From a virus (taxonomy: Duplodnaviria; Caudoviricetes), in IMG/VR virus record IMGVR_UViG_3300032053_000101, positions 1 through 53,992 of that record: a DNA stretch of 53,992 bases, one strand, 5' to 3'. This document shows, in pieces, positions 10,419-19,456 of the stretch (its first letter is position 1; each line of letters opens with the position of its first letter). The notes under the pieces are model-generated. The model did not search any database, was not told the DNA's origin, and saw only the letters and a list, made by a program, of their open reading frames with translations. A program made the position numbers and the translations under genes.

Positions 10419-10647
10419 ACAGCGGATCCAAATACATTAACGGAACTCGAGTGGCATCTACTGAAGGAGAAAATCCAAATTCACTTGCACCGTATTTTTC
10501 CATTTTTTCTTCAAACTTTGCCTGAGCTAATTCTGTTTTATCTTTCATATCTTCCGGATCTAATTTATGGAAACTACCTTTTATTCCAATAGATTTGAAA
10601 GCATTCAAATTCTTTATTGTTTCCTTATCAAATTTATCTTCTGACAT
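10419..10647 (-). CDS. Portal protein, exon 1
   Basis: GGAGGTGA RBS; 76 codons + 1 nt; spliced junction reads YLDPL-F-DPILMMFPKDN. Confidence 0.82.
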
Positions 10648-10752
10648 TCAATATCACCTCCCTTTACTTTATTGGTTATTAACTGAATGAAATATTGTTT
10701 CCAATCACAGTTACATAATTTCTTTAATAAATTAATTTCTATCATTTTTTAT

Positions 10753-12351
10753 TTATATTGATTCAGCATCACTTCTTTCATTAAAAAAATATCTTGAAAG
10801 CCCCTCTTCCGATAAAGAATATTTCTCATTATCTTCTCCTGTTATAATATCACTCGATACAATATCATTATCTATTACCAAAAATATCATTAATCCCATT
10901 TTTTCATTTTTTGGAGATGGCAAAGTAACATCTCTTAATTTTAATAGAACAGAAACAAGTGCATTAGCTGAAAAGAATTCATCTTGAACTTGTTCCGGAA
11001 CAGATACTGTTTGTTCCATTTTTTCAACTAATTCTACAGATGTATATTTAAAACTTTGAACTATAATCTCAAAATCCTGAAAAGTTTCATTCTTCTCTTT
11101 AATATATCTTAGAGTTTTATCTACTATATCTGCTGGAATAATTTCATACTTAATATCTTTTCTTTTTTCAAAGAAATCTTTTGGTGTAACTTCTTTTAGT
11201 TCTTCTTCAAATGGTTTCGAAAGTTCTTCCTTTTCTAATTCAAAAACCTTTTCTCTTAACATTTCTTTTTTATCTTCTTCTCCTTCTGGATTCATTTTCT
11301 CTATGTCTGGACCGGATTGTTTATTTAATGAACTTTTTTTACCTTTTTTTAAATCTTCATGATATTTTGCTTCATCTTCTGGTCCTTTAACTTGAAGTCC
11401 AAATTGATCAACTATCCGATTTGTCTTATTATCATATACTGCAACATATAATCCTTGTGTTCCAGGATAATATTGAGTAATAACTTTATATTCTTTACCT
11501 TTTTCCTTTATTATAGTTTGCATAGAAGATTGTTTATCTAATTCATCAGATTGTTTTAATATATAATTTTTAGCCAATTCAACATATTCAGGATGAGTTA
11601 TTTTGTTAGCTTGTAAGCTTTTAGTTAGAACATTGTTCATATCTTCCTTGCTTAATGTATCAGAATTTTCATAAAGATAATCATCAAGTTTATTGAATTC
11701 TTCACTTGCAGATACATGGAACGGAATTGGTTCTGTTAAATTCTGTTTTGGAAATTCTTTTAATTGTTTTACTGATACAGGTTTATCCCAGTAATATGCT
11801 TCTTTTACAATCTTATCTAATTTTTCTCTGGCTTCTTCTAATGTTCTATGATAAAAACATTCATCACGCTGAAGATCACCCTTCTGCCCAAAGATTTCAT
11901 AACCTAAATTCCATGGCATAACAAAATAATAATCATATTCTTTTCCTTTTGCTTCACCCCATCCGTAAGAAATCGTAGGGATAGTGCCAGGGACATTCGA
12001 AGTATGGAATTCTACATTCATCCAATCTTCGACACTAACTCCAGTAAGGCGTTTAAAAACTTCTCGAATTTCCTTCAAAGGATATCCGACTGACATCAAA
12101 TAATTCTCTATGTACTTATAACCATATTTACCCTCAGTAATAAGTTCTCTCATATTTTCTTCTATCTCTAATGTTTGTTGTTTTAAATTAGATCCACTCC
12201 ATAACCAATTATTTAAACTCATTACAGTATCTTTTAATCCTATAGTTGCTGCAATCTTTTTAAACCTATTCTTAACACGATTTAAAATTTGATCTTCATC
12301 ACCAGTTGAATCCGTATTAGCATCAATAAGATTATTATTAAATTTTCCCAT
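10753..12351 (-). CDS. Hypothetical head-module protein, modular
   Basis: 532 aa; ILKQS, LDKQSS and SSLNKQS linkers flank an apparently inserted module. Confidence 0.6.
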   Translation of the reverse strand: MGKFNNNLIDANTDSTGDEDQILNRVKNRFKKIAATIGLKDTVMSLNNWLWSGSNLKQQTLEIEENMRELITEGKYGYKYIENYLMSVGYPLKEIREVFKRLTGVSVEDWMNVEFHTSNVPGTIPTISYGWGEAKGKEYDYYFVMPWNLGYEIFGQKGDLQRDECFYHRTLEEAREKLDKIVKEAYYWDKPVSVKQLKEFPKQNLTEPIPFHVSASEEFNKLDDYLYENSDTLSKEDMNNVLTKSLQANKITHPEYVELAKNYILKQSDELDKQSSMQTIIKEKGKEYKVITQYYPGTQGLYVAVYDNKTNRIVDQFGLQVKGPEDEAKYHEDLKKGKKSSLNKQSGPDIEKMNPEGEEDKKEMLREKVFELEKEELSKPFEEELKEVTPKDFFEKRKDIKYEIIPADIVDKTLRYIKEKNETFQDFEIIVQSFKYTSVELVEKMEQTVSVPEQVQDEFFSANALVSVLLKLRDVTLPSPKNEKMGLMIFLVIDNDIVSSDIITGEDNEKYSLSEEGLSRYFFNERSDAESI

Positions 12352-12364
12352 AAATTAATCCTCC

Positions 12365-14785
12365 CTAGAATATATTAATCTCTTCTTTTGTTACCAAATT
12401 ATCCTGATCAACGAAATATTCATTTCCATATACATCGCATATCAATATTTCTTTCCCTCTTCTTCCTAAAAGCTGAACCTTTTTCAATCCATCTCCATCA
12501 CTATCCAAGTATGCATAAAGCTTCTGTTCTATAGGTTTCCCATTCTCCATTACATCTCCTTGCTGTGTTGCGGCCGGATATCCTTTTTGAAATACCTTGG
12601 CCGGACCATTATCCCTTTCATCATGATATCTATCTAATTTTACTGTTGGAGATACAACTAAACTATCTGGTTTTTCATGAGATAATTTATCTATAGAAGA
12701 TTTAGCTTCAAATATTGCTTCATCATATTCATCTATAACATATGTTGCTATTTGTTCAGGGTCCATTTCCCCTTGATTAATCTGAAATTGAATTCTATTT
12801 TCAATTTTTTCCATAGATTCCATAAGCTTGAATTTTCTTTCTCCTACTCTTTTATGAATAATATCTTTTATTGTTTTAACTAATTCTTCTTCCGATTGTT
12901 TATTTAATGAAGCCGCAACGAGTTCTGGTTCCAATTTATAAATTGAATTTATTGTATGCAAAACTTCTTCAACTGGCCGTTCCGTGTATTTACAAACGAT
13001 ATCAATAACCAAATCAAACCAACCGCTATTATCAAACCAATTCTCAGGAGCATCACTTTCTACTAATACTCTTTCAATCGCTTCCTTTAAATCCATCCCT
13101 TTAAAAACATTCGATTTTTTATCTAATAAACTGCAGGTTTTTTCAAAAATAGATTTAAATTTTAATGAAGATTCCTTTTCCAGTTCTTCATCAGGGAAAA
13201 GAACTTCTCCTTCATTATTAACAAAATACCCACCAAATATTAAATCATTATCACTTTTCCATTTATATCCTTTTTCTCTAGCATACTTTTCCATTTCTTT
13301 TTGATCTAAAAATCTTTTATCATTAAATATTTTCATATCTTGTATTGACATATCTTTAGGAAAATCTCTCTTGCTATATTCTCTTAAAACAAGATAAAAT
13401 TTAGATTGCTTGTTTAATGAAGATTCTTTTTCTAATTCTTCATAATCATATATAAGTTTTCCTAAATCATTCTTATCTATTTCAGGTTGGTCCCATTCCG
13501 CATCCCTAATATCAACATCATCATCTGAAAGATCATAAAACAAATCAATAACTCTTACTCCTAACTTATCTATCTTTTCATCATAAGATAAATCTTTATT
13601 CTTTAATACCTTTTGTATTTCTTCATCATATTCATAATCATAGGGTTCTAAATATCTTTTAATATAAGCTTCACCTTTTTGAACCGATATTGCTATTCTA
13701 TTTAATGAAGATTTTATCTCAAATCCATATACAATAAGAAAATTATCTTTTATTTCTGCATCTAAATTAGTTCCAAATCTATTTAAAAAACATCTTAATT
13801 CAGAACCTGTTGGAGAAATATCGAAAAGAGTATCATACAAAATTTTAATATCTTCTTTCTCCTTATAATCTTCAAAAGATTTCTTTAAATTTGATGTTAA
13901 TAAAATTTCAATTGAAGGAATTTTATTTAATGAAGATTGTTTAATTATTATTTCTTTAGGTTCTACAATTTTTGTTGTATGCGGATCAAATTGAATTTGC
14001 ACTCTTCCATCGCCTAATATATCAACAACCTCAGCATCTTCTCCATTATGAACAACTTTATCCCCAATATCAAATACTTCATGAAGAGATTGTTTTTGTA
14101 AAGAAGATTCTTTTATTATAGCTTCCAATTTTTCTGTATACTCTGTAGGATAATAACCCCTAAGAATTGATAAAATTTTATTTTCATCATCAGTTTCACT
14201 TATTTCTTTCATTATTTCATCATAAGTAGCTGATAAACCTAAATCTTCCCTTACTACTGTTTCAACTATATTTTTCAATTTCTCAATATCCATTGATTGT
14301 TTATTCAATGAAGATTGTTTCATTTCTTTCTGTTCTTCTGGAATTGGATGATCCATGTTCTGTAACTGTAATCTTAATTCTTCTATATGATGTTCTTCCT
14401 CTCTTACAATATGCTCCAAGAGTTCTCTTACATGTTCTCTCTTGGTTGTTAAGATATGAGCATTATAAGTATTGATTGCTTCAATTTCTAAATCTATATC
14501 ATGTTCTAAATTTTTTATATCTTCATCCCCAACTATTACTTTTAATGATTTTTTATCTAATGAAGATTGTTTTTGTAATCTCTCCCAAGTTTTAGGTTGC
14601 AATTCTTTATGAACAACTTGACCAATTGCTAATCCTTTACCTCCATAATTCCAATAAATCTTCAGAGTATCTTCATCTACAAAATATACCCGACCCTCTC
14701 CCTTTTCTTGATGTTCAGGATCAATTACAATATCATCAATTTTAAATGAATAATCTGATTGTTTTAACCATTTATCTTTAATCAT
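12365..14785 (-). CDS. Modular putative internal head polyprotein with a ferritin-like module
   Basis: 806 aa; about ten SSL(N/D/Q)K(Q/K)S-type linkers; EIEAINTY...EEEHH ferritin-like metal motif. Confidence 0.62.
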   Translation of the reverse strand: MIKDKWLKQSDYSFKIDDIVIDPEHQEKGEGRVYFVDEDTLKIYWNYGGKGLAIGQVVHKELQPKTWERLQKQSSLDKKSLKVIVGDEDIKNLEHDIDLEIEAINTYNAHILTTKREHVRELLEHIVREEEHHIEELRLQLQNMDHPIPEEQKEMKQSSLNKQSMDIEKLKNIVETVVREDLGLSATYDEIMKEISETDDENKILSILRGYYPTEYTEKLEAIIKESSLQKQSLHEVFDIGDKVVHNGEDAEVVDILGDGRVQIQFDPHTTKIVEPKEIIIKQSSLNKIPSIEILLTSNLKKSFEDYKEKEDIKILYDTLFDISPTGSELRCFLNRFGTNLDAEIKDNFLIVYGFEIKSSLNRIAISVQKGEAYIKRYLEPYDYEYDEEIQKVLKNKDLSYDEKIDKLGVRVIDLFYDLSDDDVDIRDAEWDQPEIDKNDLGKLIYDYEELEKESSLNKQSKFYLVLREYSKRDFPKDMSIQDMKIFNDKRFLDQKEMEKYAREKGYKWKSDNDLIFGGYFVNNEGEVLFPDEELEKESSLKFKSIFEKTCSLLDKKSNVFKGMDLKEAIERVLVESDAPENWFDNSGWFDLVIDIVCKYTERPVEEVLHTINSIYKLEPELVAASLNKQSEEELVKTIKDIIHKRVGERKFKLMESMEKIENRIQFQINQGEMDPEQIATYVIDEYDEAIFEAKSSIDKLSHEKPDSLVVSPTVKLDRYHDERDNGPAKVFQKGYPAATQQGDVMENGKPIEQKLYAYLDSDGDGLKKVQLLGRRGKEILICDVYGNEYFVDQDNLVTKEEINIF

Positions 14786-14820
14786 TTTTTCTCCATTTTT
14801 TATTTAAGTGAAAACAAATA

Positions 14821-14863
14821 GAGGAGTTTTTTAATGATGGTTATCTCCTCATCCATCATTAAA
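14821..14863 (-). promoter_or_regulatory. Hairpin or possible H-type pseudoknot upstream of 12365..14785
   Basis: Stem UUUAAUGAUGG/CCAUCAUUAAA whose loop GAGGAG is complementary to the downstream CUCCUC. Confidence 0.45.
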
Positions 14864-14868
14864 TTTTT

Positions 14869-14994
14869 TTATTCAACTGGTTCGTGTCTTAAAAACTTTT
14901 TGACATCTTCTTTTTCTTCTTCTGTTGCATCAGATAATCCCATAGCTTCAATCTTTGCATTTAATACATTTTCTATACCCCATATTTGTTCCAT
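14869..14994 (-). CDS. Small hypothetical protein (41 aa)
   Basis: AGGAGG RBS; MEQIWGIENVLNAKIEAMG...; below the ORF-track cutoff. Confidence 0.55.
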   Translation of the reverse strand: MEQIWGIENVLNAKIEAMGLSDATEEEKEDVKKFLRHEPVE

Positions 14995-15004
14995 ATTTTC
15001 CTCC

Positions 15005-15823
15005 TTATGATGGTATTATACTTAAATCATCGTAAACAAATGTTGCAGGACCGTGTAAAATCTGCGTTGGAATAGTTGTTGGAGTTCTTAATACCCTTCC
15101 AAATGTTCCCTTTAGACCAATACAACCTTTCACAATTGGACTTGTAATTGTATATATTAAAGGTCCTACTGTTACTCCATCCGAAATTCTTTCAAAAGAA
15201 ACTATCACAGAATTACCTATAATTGTTCCATAAAGTCTAAATCTATCAGTAATTGACCAAGGTAATGTTACTCCCCCCATTTCAGTGCTATTTATATATA
15301 TCCCATTCTCCCATTCTTCAATACCTATCCACCAAGAATATGTAATAGATGGACCAACAGCTATATTCCTTATAAGTGCTGCTGATGTCATAATACAAGT
15401 ATCGTTCCATGATGGAACAAGGGGATTCGCTCTTAATATTAAATAAGGACTAAATGTATCTGATTGTCTTGGTCCAACATCCGGCAATAACACAGGAAAT
15501 CCAAACTTAACTTCAAAAGCAAAGTCATCATAATTATCTATTACTGTTCTAAGTGCTCCTGGATTCCTACAATCTAAACAATACTCTTGTAATTCATTAT
15601 TAACTATGCTCCAAGTTGAAACATTACTTGGGTCATATTCTACATAATCTGCTCCAATATTTGCTCTATTAAAATCATCTATAAACGGAACTTCAAACAT
15701 ACTTGCTCCACCATGTTTTATAATTGTTGCCTTGAAATTTTCTTTGTTTGGTCCGTCTGGCATCTTAAGCCATGCTTGATACATTCTTGTTAATGCTATA
15801 CTAGGTACTATTCCACCCTTCAT
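15005..15823 (-). CDS. Putative virion protein with a beta-sandwich (lectin-like) domain
   Basis: 272 aa, beta-rich; FIDDFNR...YDDL ends resemble the FSDDFTR...YDNV domain of the upstream fibre protein. Confidence 0.5.
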   Translation of the reverse strand: MKGGIVPSIALTRMYQAWLKMPDGPNKENFKATIIKHGGASMFEVPFIDDFNRANIGADYVEYDPSNVSTWSIVNNELQEYCLDCRNPGALRTVIDNYDDFAFEVKFGFPVLLPDVGPRQSDTFSPYLILRANPLVPSWNDTCIMTSAALIRNIAVGPSITYSWWIGIEEWENGIYINSTEMGGVTLPWSITDRFRLYGTIIGNSVIVSFERISDGVTVGPLIYTITSPIVKGCIGLKGTFGRVLRTPTTIPTQILHGPATFVYDDLSIIPS

Positions 15824-15846
15824 TTTTATTCCTCCTTATACTTTAT

Positions 15847-18465
15847 TTATAATGGTTCTATTCCTAAATTTATTGCTTCAATTATCTCATTGACTTTAGC
15901 TTTCACCACCAAAAACTTTTCTGCATTAACTCCATTAGCTGTAATTATTCTTATCTTTGCTATGATAGGAGAATATACACCATTAGTTGTAGCAAGATTA
16001 GCTCTAATCATTGGCTGATGTGCAACACCATTCCAAGGAGCAATCATACCATCTACTAATTGACCACTTACTAATCCTATAATCCAATGTGCTCCATTAT
16101 CCAACGAAACATCATAAGTTAAAGTTGTATTTATTGGAATAGTATCAATAGCTTCAAAGATAAAACTTGCTATGGGATCTATTGACTGCAATAGATTTGT
16201 TAAAATTGTTCCACTTACATTATAACCAAGCGTGTCTAAATCTTTATAAACAACATTATCATAATACATCTCTAAATCCCAATAATAAGTCAGGAAATTT
16301 AAATATCCGACTGTTAATATTGGGGGTTTTCCACCACCATTAACATCAGTATAGTCTAATACTAAAGTCCCATTTTCATAGATTTTTATATTATTACCAT
16401 TAGCTACTAACTTAAAATGGAGAACAGAATTTCTTGGCAGCCCATTAAATACAGAAGCAGAAACAGAAACAATGTTATATCTTGCTCCATTAACAATTTT
16501 ATCTATCCATACTCCTCCACTGGTAATAATTGAACTATTCATTGAAATATTACCAACCATTTCATATTGCGTTGTTCCCGACACGCTTGGAGATGCTTGT
16601 TGTGTAGATGACCTAAATGAAGCAACTACAAGCTGTGAAATTATATTCAAATCAGTAGTAACTTTAGCATCAAAAGTTAATTCAAAGTTCATTGCTAATG
16701 CTGTTTTAGATGCTACTGCACTACCTCCTCCAAAAAATGGGAAAAATAATTGATTGTTCTTTATTTGTGGAATACCTCTAATTATTTTCCATTTTGCTAA
16801 ATCAATTGCACCATCTAGTCTGGTAAAATCATCAGAAAATATTATTGCAGGTTCTGTTGTCTTAAATAATGTCAATCCACTCACAGCTAATAATCCTGAA
16901 TAATTTGATCCGCCTGTATTTATATCGCTATCCAGAACATTATACCCTAATTGCATCACACCTAATTTTAAAGCTGCAATATCATTTTCACTTTGTGCTA
17001 ACCTTACTTCATCTTGTGCTTGCTGAGTTAATAGCCAATCAGGAAGAATTGGTCTATTCTCAAGAGTTGCTATTCTACCTTCATGCTCATTAACATCAAT
17101 CTGCAATGCTGTTATATAACTCTCATCTAATCCAAGTCTTTGAATTAAATCATTGATTGCTTGTGTATTACCACTTATCAATGTTGACAAGTTAGATACA
17201 GCATTTGCTAAATCAATAGACAATTGATTAACAATAGGTTGGATCTGATTGAATATCAAATCTCCCATCGCTGCTATATCTATTTGCAATTGTGCTATTG
17301 CTGTATTTATGTTCTGCTCAATCTGAGTCTGTAAAGCAGATAATGCTGTATTTATATCTGTTTGTAATGTAGCAATCTGAATTGTTAAATTATTATAAAC
17401 AGTCTGATCACCCTGAGCAATTTCTGTTCTTACATTCGTAAACTCATTAACTACATATTGATACAAATTTACAATCTGTGTATTCTTTATATAATCTATT
17501 TCATTTTCTGCTGATGTTAATCTTTGTTCTGCTAAATCTACTCTTGTCATTAAAGCAGTCAAACTACCAGCAAGCGTCTGAACTTGTTCATAAACTTGTT
17601 GTATAAATGCATCATTTTCTTGAACTGCATTTTGTAAATCTACAACAGCATTTTGCAAGTTTTGAGATTGGGATTGTAAATTGTTTATAGATACTGTTAC
17701 CCACTCAGAAAATGTTGCTAATGCAGTTTGAAGCTCACTAATATCTAATGTATGCTGATTGATCTGATTTTGTAGTGTTGTACATCTTGCATTTATTTCA
17801 GTTGCTAATGCTTGATCACCATTTGCAATTTCTGTTCTTAATGTTGCAACAGAAGTTACAATTAAATTATAAAGATATTCATAAGATTGAAGCACAAGAG
17901 CATCAATCTGTTCTTTCATCTCGTCTATTTTATCCAGATAATCTCTTACTGTATTATCAATCATTGCTAATGTAATAGTTCCTGAAACAGGAACATTGGT
18001 TAATTTAGAAATTAAAATCTCTGGATCATCTTTTGTTGGAGGAGTTGTTCTTTCTCCTATAATACCTCTAGCATTATCTGGTCTTTCAAGACCATCATCA
18101 AGTGAAGTCCATTTTGTAACTGTAATAACAATATATACTGTTCCAGAACCTTGTACAGTATAATTAATTGTTTGATTAGGTTCAAACTGTGCTATATTTT
18201 TATCTCCAACCTCAACACCTTTGATCCACGCAGCAAAATCTCTAACTTTAATTGTTTTTCCTGTACCTATAATAACTTCTGCATTCCATTCTTTATTTGA
18301 TTTTGTAATTCCACCTATTGTAGTATTTCCACCAAGTGGATAAAGTCCAGGACCAAAAAGAGCCATAATCTGTTGAGTTCTATCAGCTAATTTATTATGT
18401 TTTGGAAATTCATAACATTTAGCATCTGAACCCGTTCCTACTACCGCTGTTACACTCGTTCCCAT
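15847..18465 (-). CDS. Fibre/whisker-like virion protein
   Basis: 872 aa; long central heptad coiled coil followed by a ConA/LamG-like beta domain. Confidence 0.65.
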   Translation of the reverse strand: MGTSVTAVVGTGSDAKCYEFPKHNKLADRTQQIMALFGPGLYPLGGNTTIGGITKSNKEWNAEVIIGTGKTIKVRDFAAWIKGVEVGDKNIAQFEPNQTINYTVQGSGTVYIVITVTKWTSLDDGLERPDNARGIIGERTTPPTKDDPEILISKLTNVPVSGTITLAMIDNTVRDYLDKIDEMKEQIDALVLQSYEYLYNLIVTSVATLRTEIANGDQALATEINARCTTLQNQINQHTLDISELQTALATFSEWVTVSINNLQSQSQNLQNAVVDLQNAVQENDAFIQQVYEQVQTLAGSLTALMTRVDLAEQRLTSAENEIDYIKNTQIVNLYQYVVNEFTNVRTEIAQGDQTVYNNLTIQIATLQTDINTALSALQTQIEQNINTAIAQLQIDIAAMGDLIFNQIQPIVNQLSIDLANAVSNLSTLISGNTQAINDLIQRLGLDESYITALQIDVNEHEGRIATLENRPILPDWLLTQQAQDEVRLAQSENDIAALKLGVMQLGYNVLDSDINTGGSNYSGLLAVSGLTLFKTTEPAIIFSDDFTRLDGAIDLAKWKIIRGIPQIKNNQLFFPFFGGGSAVASKTALAMNFELTFDAKVTTDLNIISQLVVASFRSSTQQASPSVSGTTQYEMVGNISMNSSIITSGGVWIDKIVNGARYNIVSVSASVFNGLPRNSVLHFKLVANGNNIKIYENGTLVLDYTDVNGGGKPPILTVGYLNFLTYYWDLEMYYDNVVYKDLDTLGYNVSGTILTNLLQSIDPIASFIFEAIDTIPINTTLTYDVSLDNGAHWIIGLVSGQLVDGMIAPWNGVAHQPMIRANLATTNGVYSPIIAKIRIITANGVNAEKFLVVKAKVNEIIEAINLGIEPL

Positions 18466-18519
18466 TTTATTTTCCTCCTTTTATATCTTTTGTTAGTATT
18501 TCTAATACTTTATTTTTTA

Positions 18520-19134
18520 TTAAGCAAGTGTGCAAGTTGCCGTATCCGTTTTATTTAATGATGTATTCCCACCACTTAATCCTAATGTAATTGTTCCTAC
18601 TGTTCCTTTAACTTGAACTTTAGCTTCTCCTTCAACAAAAGATAATGTAACTGGACCTGCTCCATAAACTCCACCAATTAATCTTATTTGTTTTGTTCCA
18701 GCAGTTCCACCAGTTATTGATACCACAATTGTTGCAGTTGAATTAACATAGTCAATACCACCATTCCCATTTGTTATTGCTAATGTAATATCTTTATCAG
18801 TATTTATGGCACCAGCGTAAGCATTATCATTTCCTGCACCATTCACAGGAGTAAACTGGATAGCAACATCAGCACCTAATAGAGTTTTTTTCACAAGATA
18901 AGTATCTCTTTCTTCTCCTCCACCTACTATATCTTCGATTTCAACTGGTTCTTCTTTTCCAGTTACTTGAATATATCCACCATCAATATATCTCTTTAAT
19001 GTAGAACTTCCTTCTGCATCTTCATCATAAATAATCATTTCTTCATTCAGATCTAATGTGATAGGTTGTTTTGTTTCCCTATCCAATAAATCATTTATAC
19101 TTATTATACTTGAACTAATATTTTTAATCTTCAT
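18520..19134 (-). CDS. Putative virion structural protein
   Basis: 204 aa; shared N-terminal domain, Gly/Thr-rich Ig-like C-terminus. Confidence 0.55.
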   Translation of the reverse strand: MKIKNISSSIISINDLLDRETKQPITLDLNEEMIIYDEDAEGSSTLKRYIDGGYIQVTGKEEPVEIEDIVGGGEERDTYLVKKTLLGADVAIQFTPVNGAGNDNAYAGAINTDKDITLAITNGNGGIDYVNSTATIVVSITGGTAGTKQIRLIGGVYGAGPVTLSFVEGEAKVQVKGTVGTITLGLSGGNTSLNKTDTATCTLA

Positions 19135-19415
19135 TTTGCTACTTCCTCCTTTTTTATTTCCTTGATTAATAACTCTGATAATTGATCAAATTTACCTTTA
19201 TTATAATTCATCTTCGCTTCAATGTTCATCAATTCTTCTTTCTTTGAATTTATTTCTTTGATCAAACTTAAAGCTTTTTCTTTATTTGATTTATATTCAT
19301 CTTCGATCCCCACCATTTTTGCCTTTAATTCAATTCCCTGATCGGTTAAAACATCATTAGTAACTTGCTTTAAAGTAATAGTTTTTTTTTCTTCTTTTCT
19401 GTTATTTTCGTTCAT
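19131..19415 (-). CDS. Hypothetical coiled-coil protein
   Basis: 94 aa, overlaps the start of the next gene. Confidence 0.6.
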   Translation of the reverse strand: MNENNRKEEKKTITLKQVTNDVLTDQGIELKAKMVGIEDEYKSNKEKALSLIKEINSKKEELMNIEAKMNYNKGKFDQLSELLIKEIKKEEVAK

Positions 19416-19456
19416 CTATCTTTATACCTCCATATTCATTTATCTTAATATCTACA

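Noticed and set aside
10246-10647. 133-aa stand-alone ORF
   Set aside because: The first 76 codons are portal exon 1; the rest is read-through into the group I intron
14785-14871. Stop-codon read-through from the 41-aa ORF into the 806-aa gene, stimulated by the pseudoknot
   Set aside because: The read-through frame meets another TAA before reaching the downstream gene
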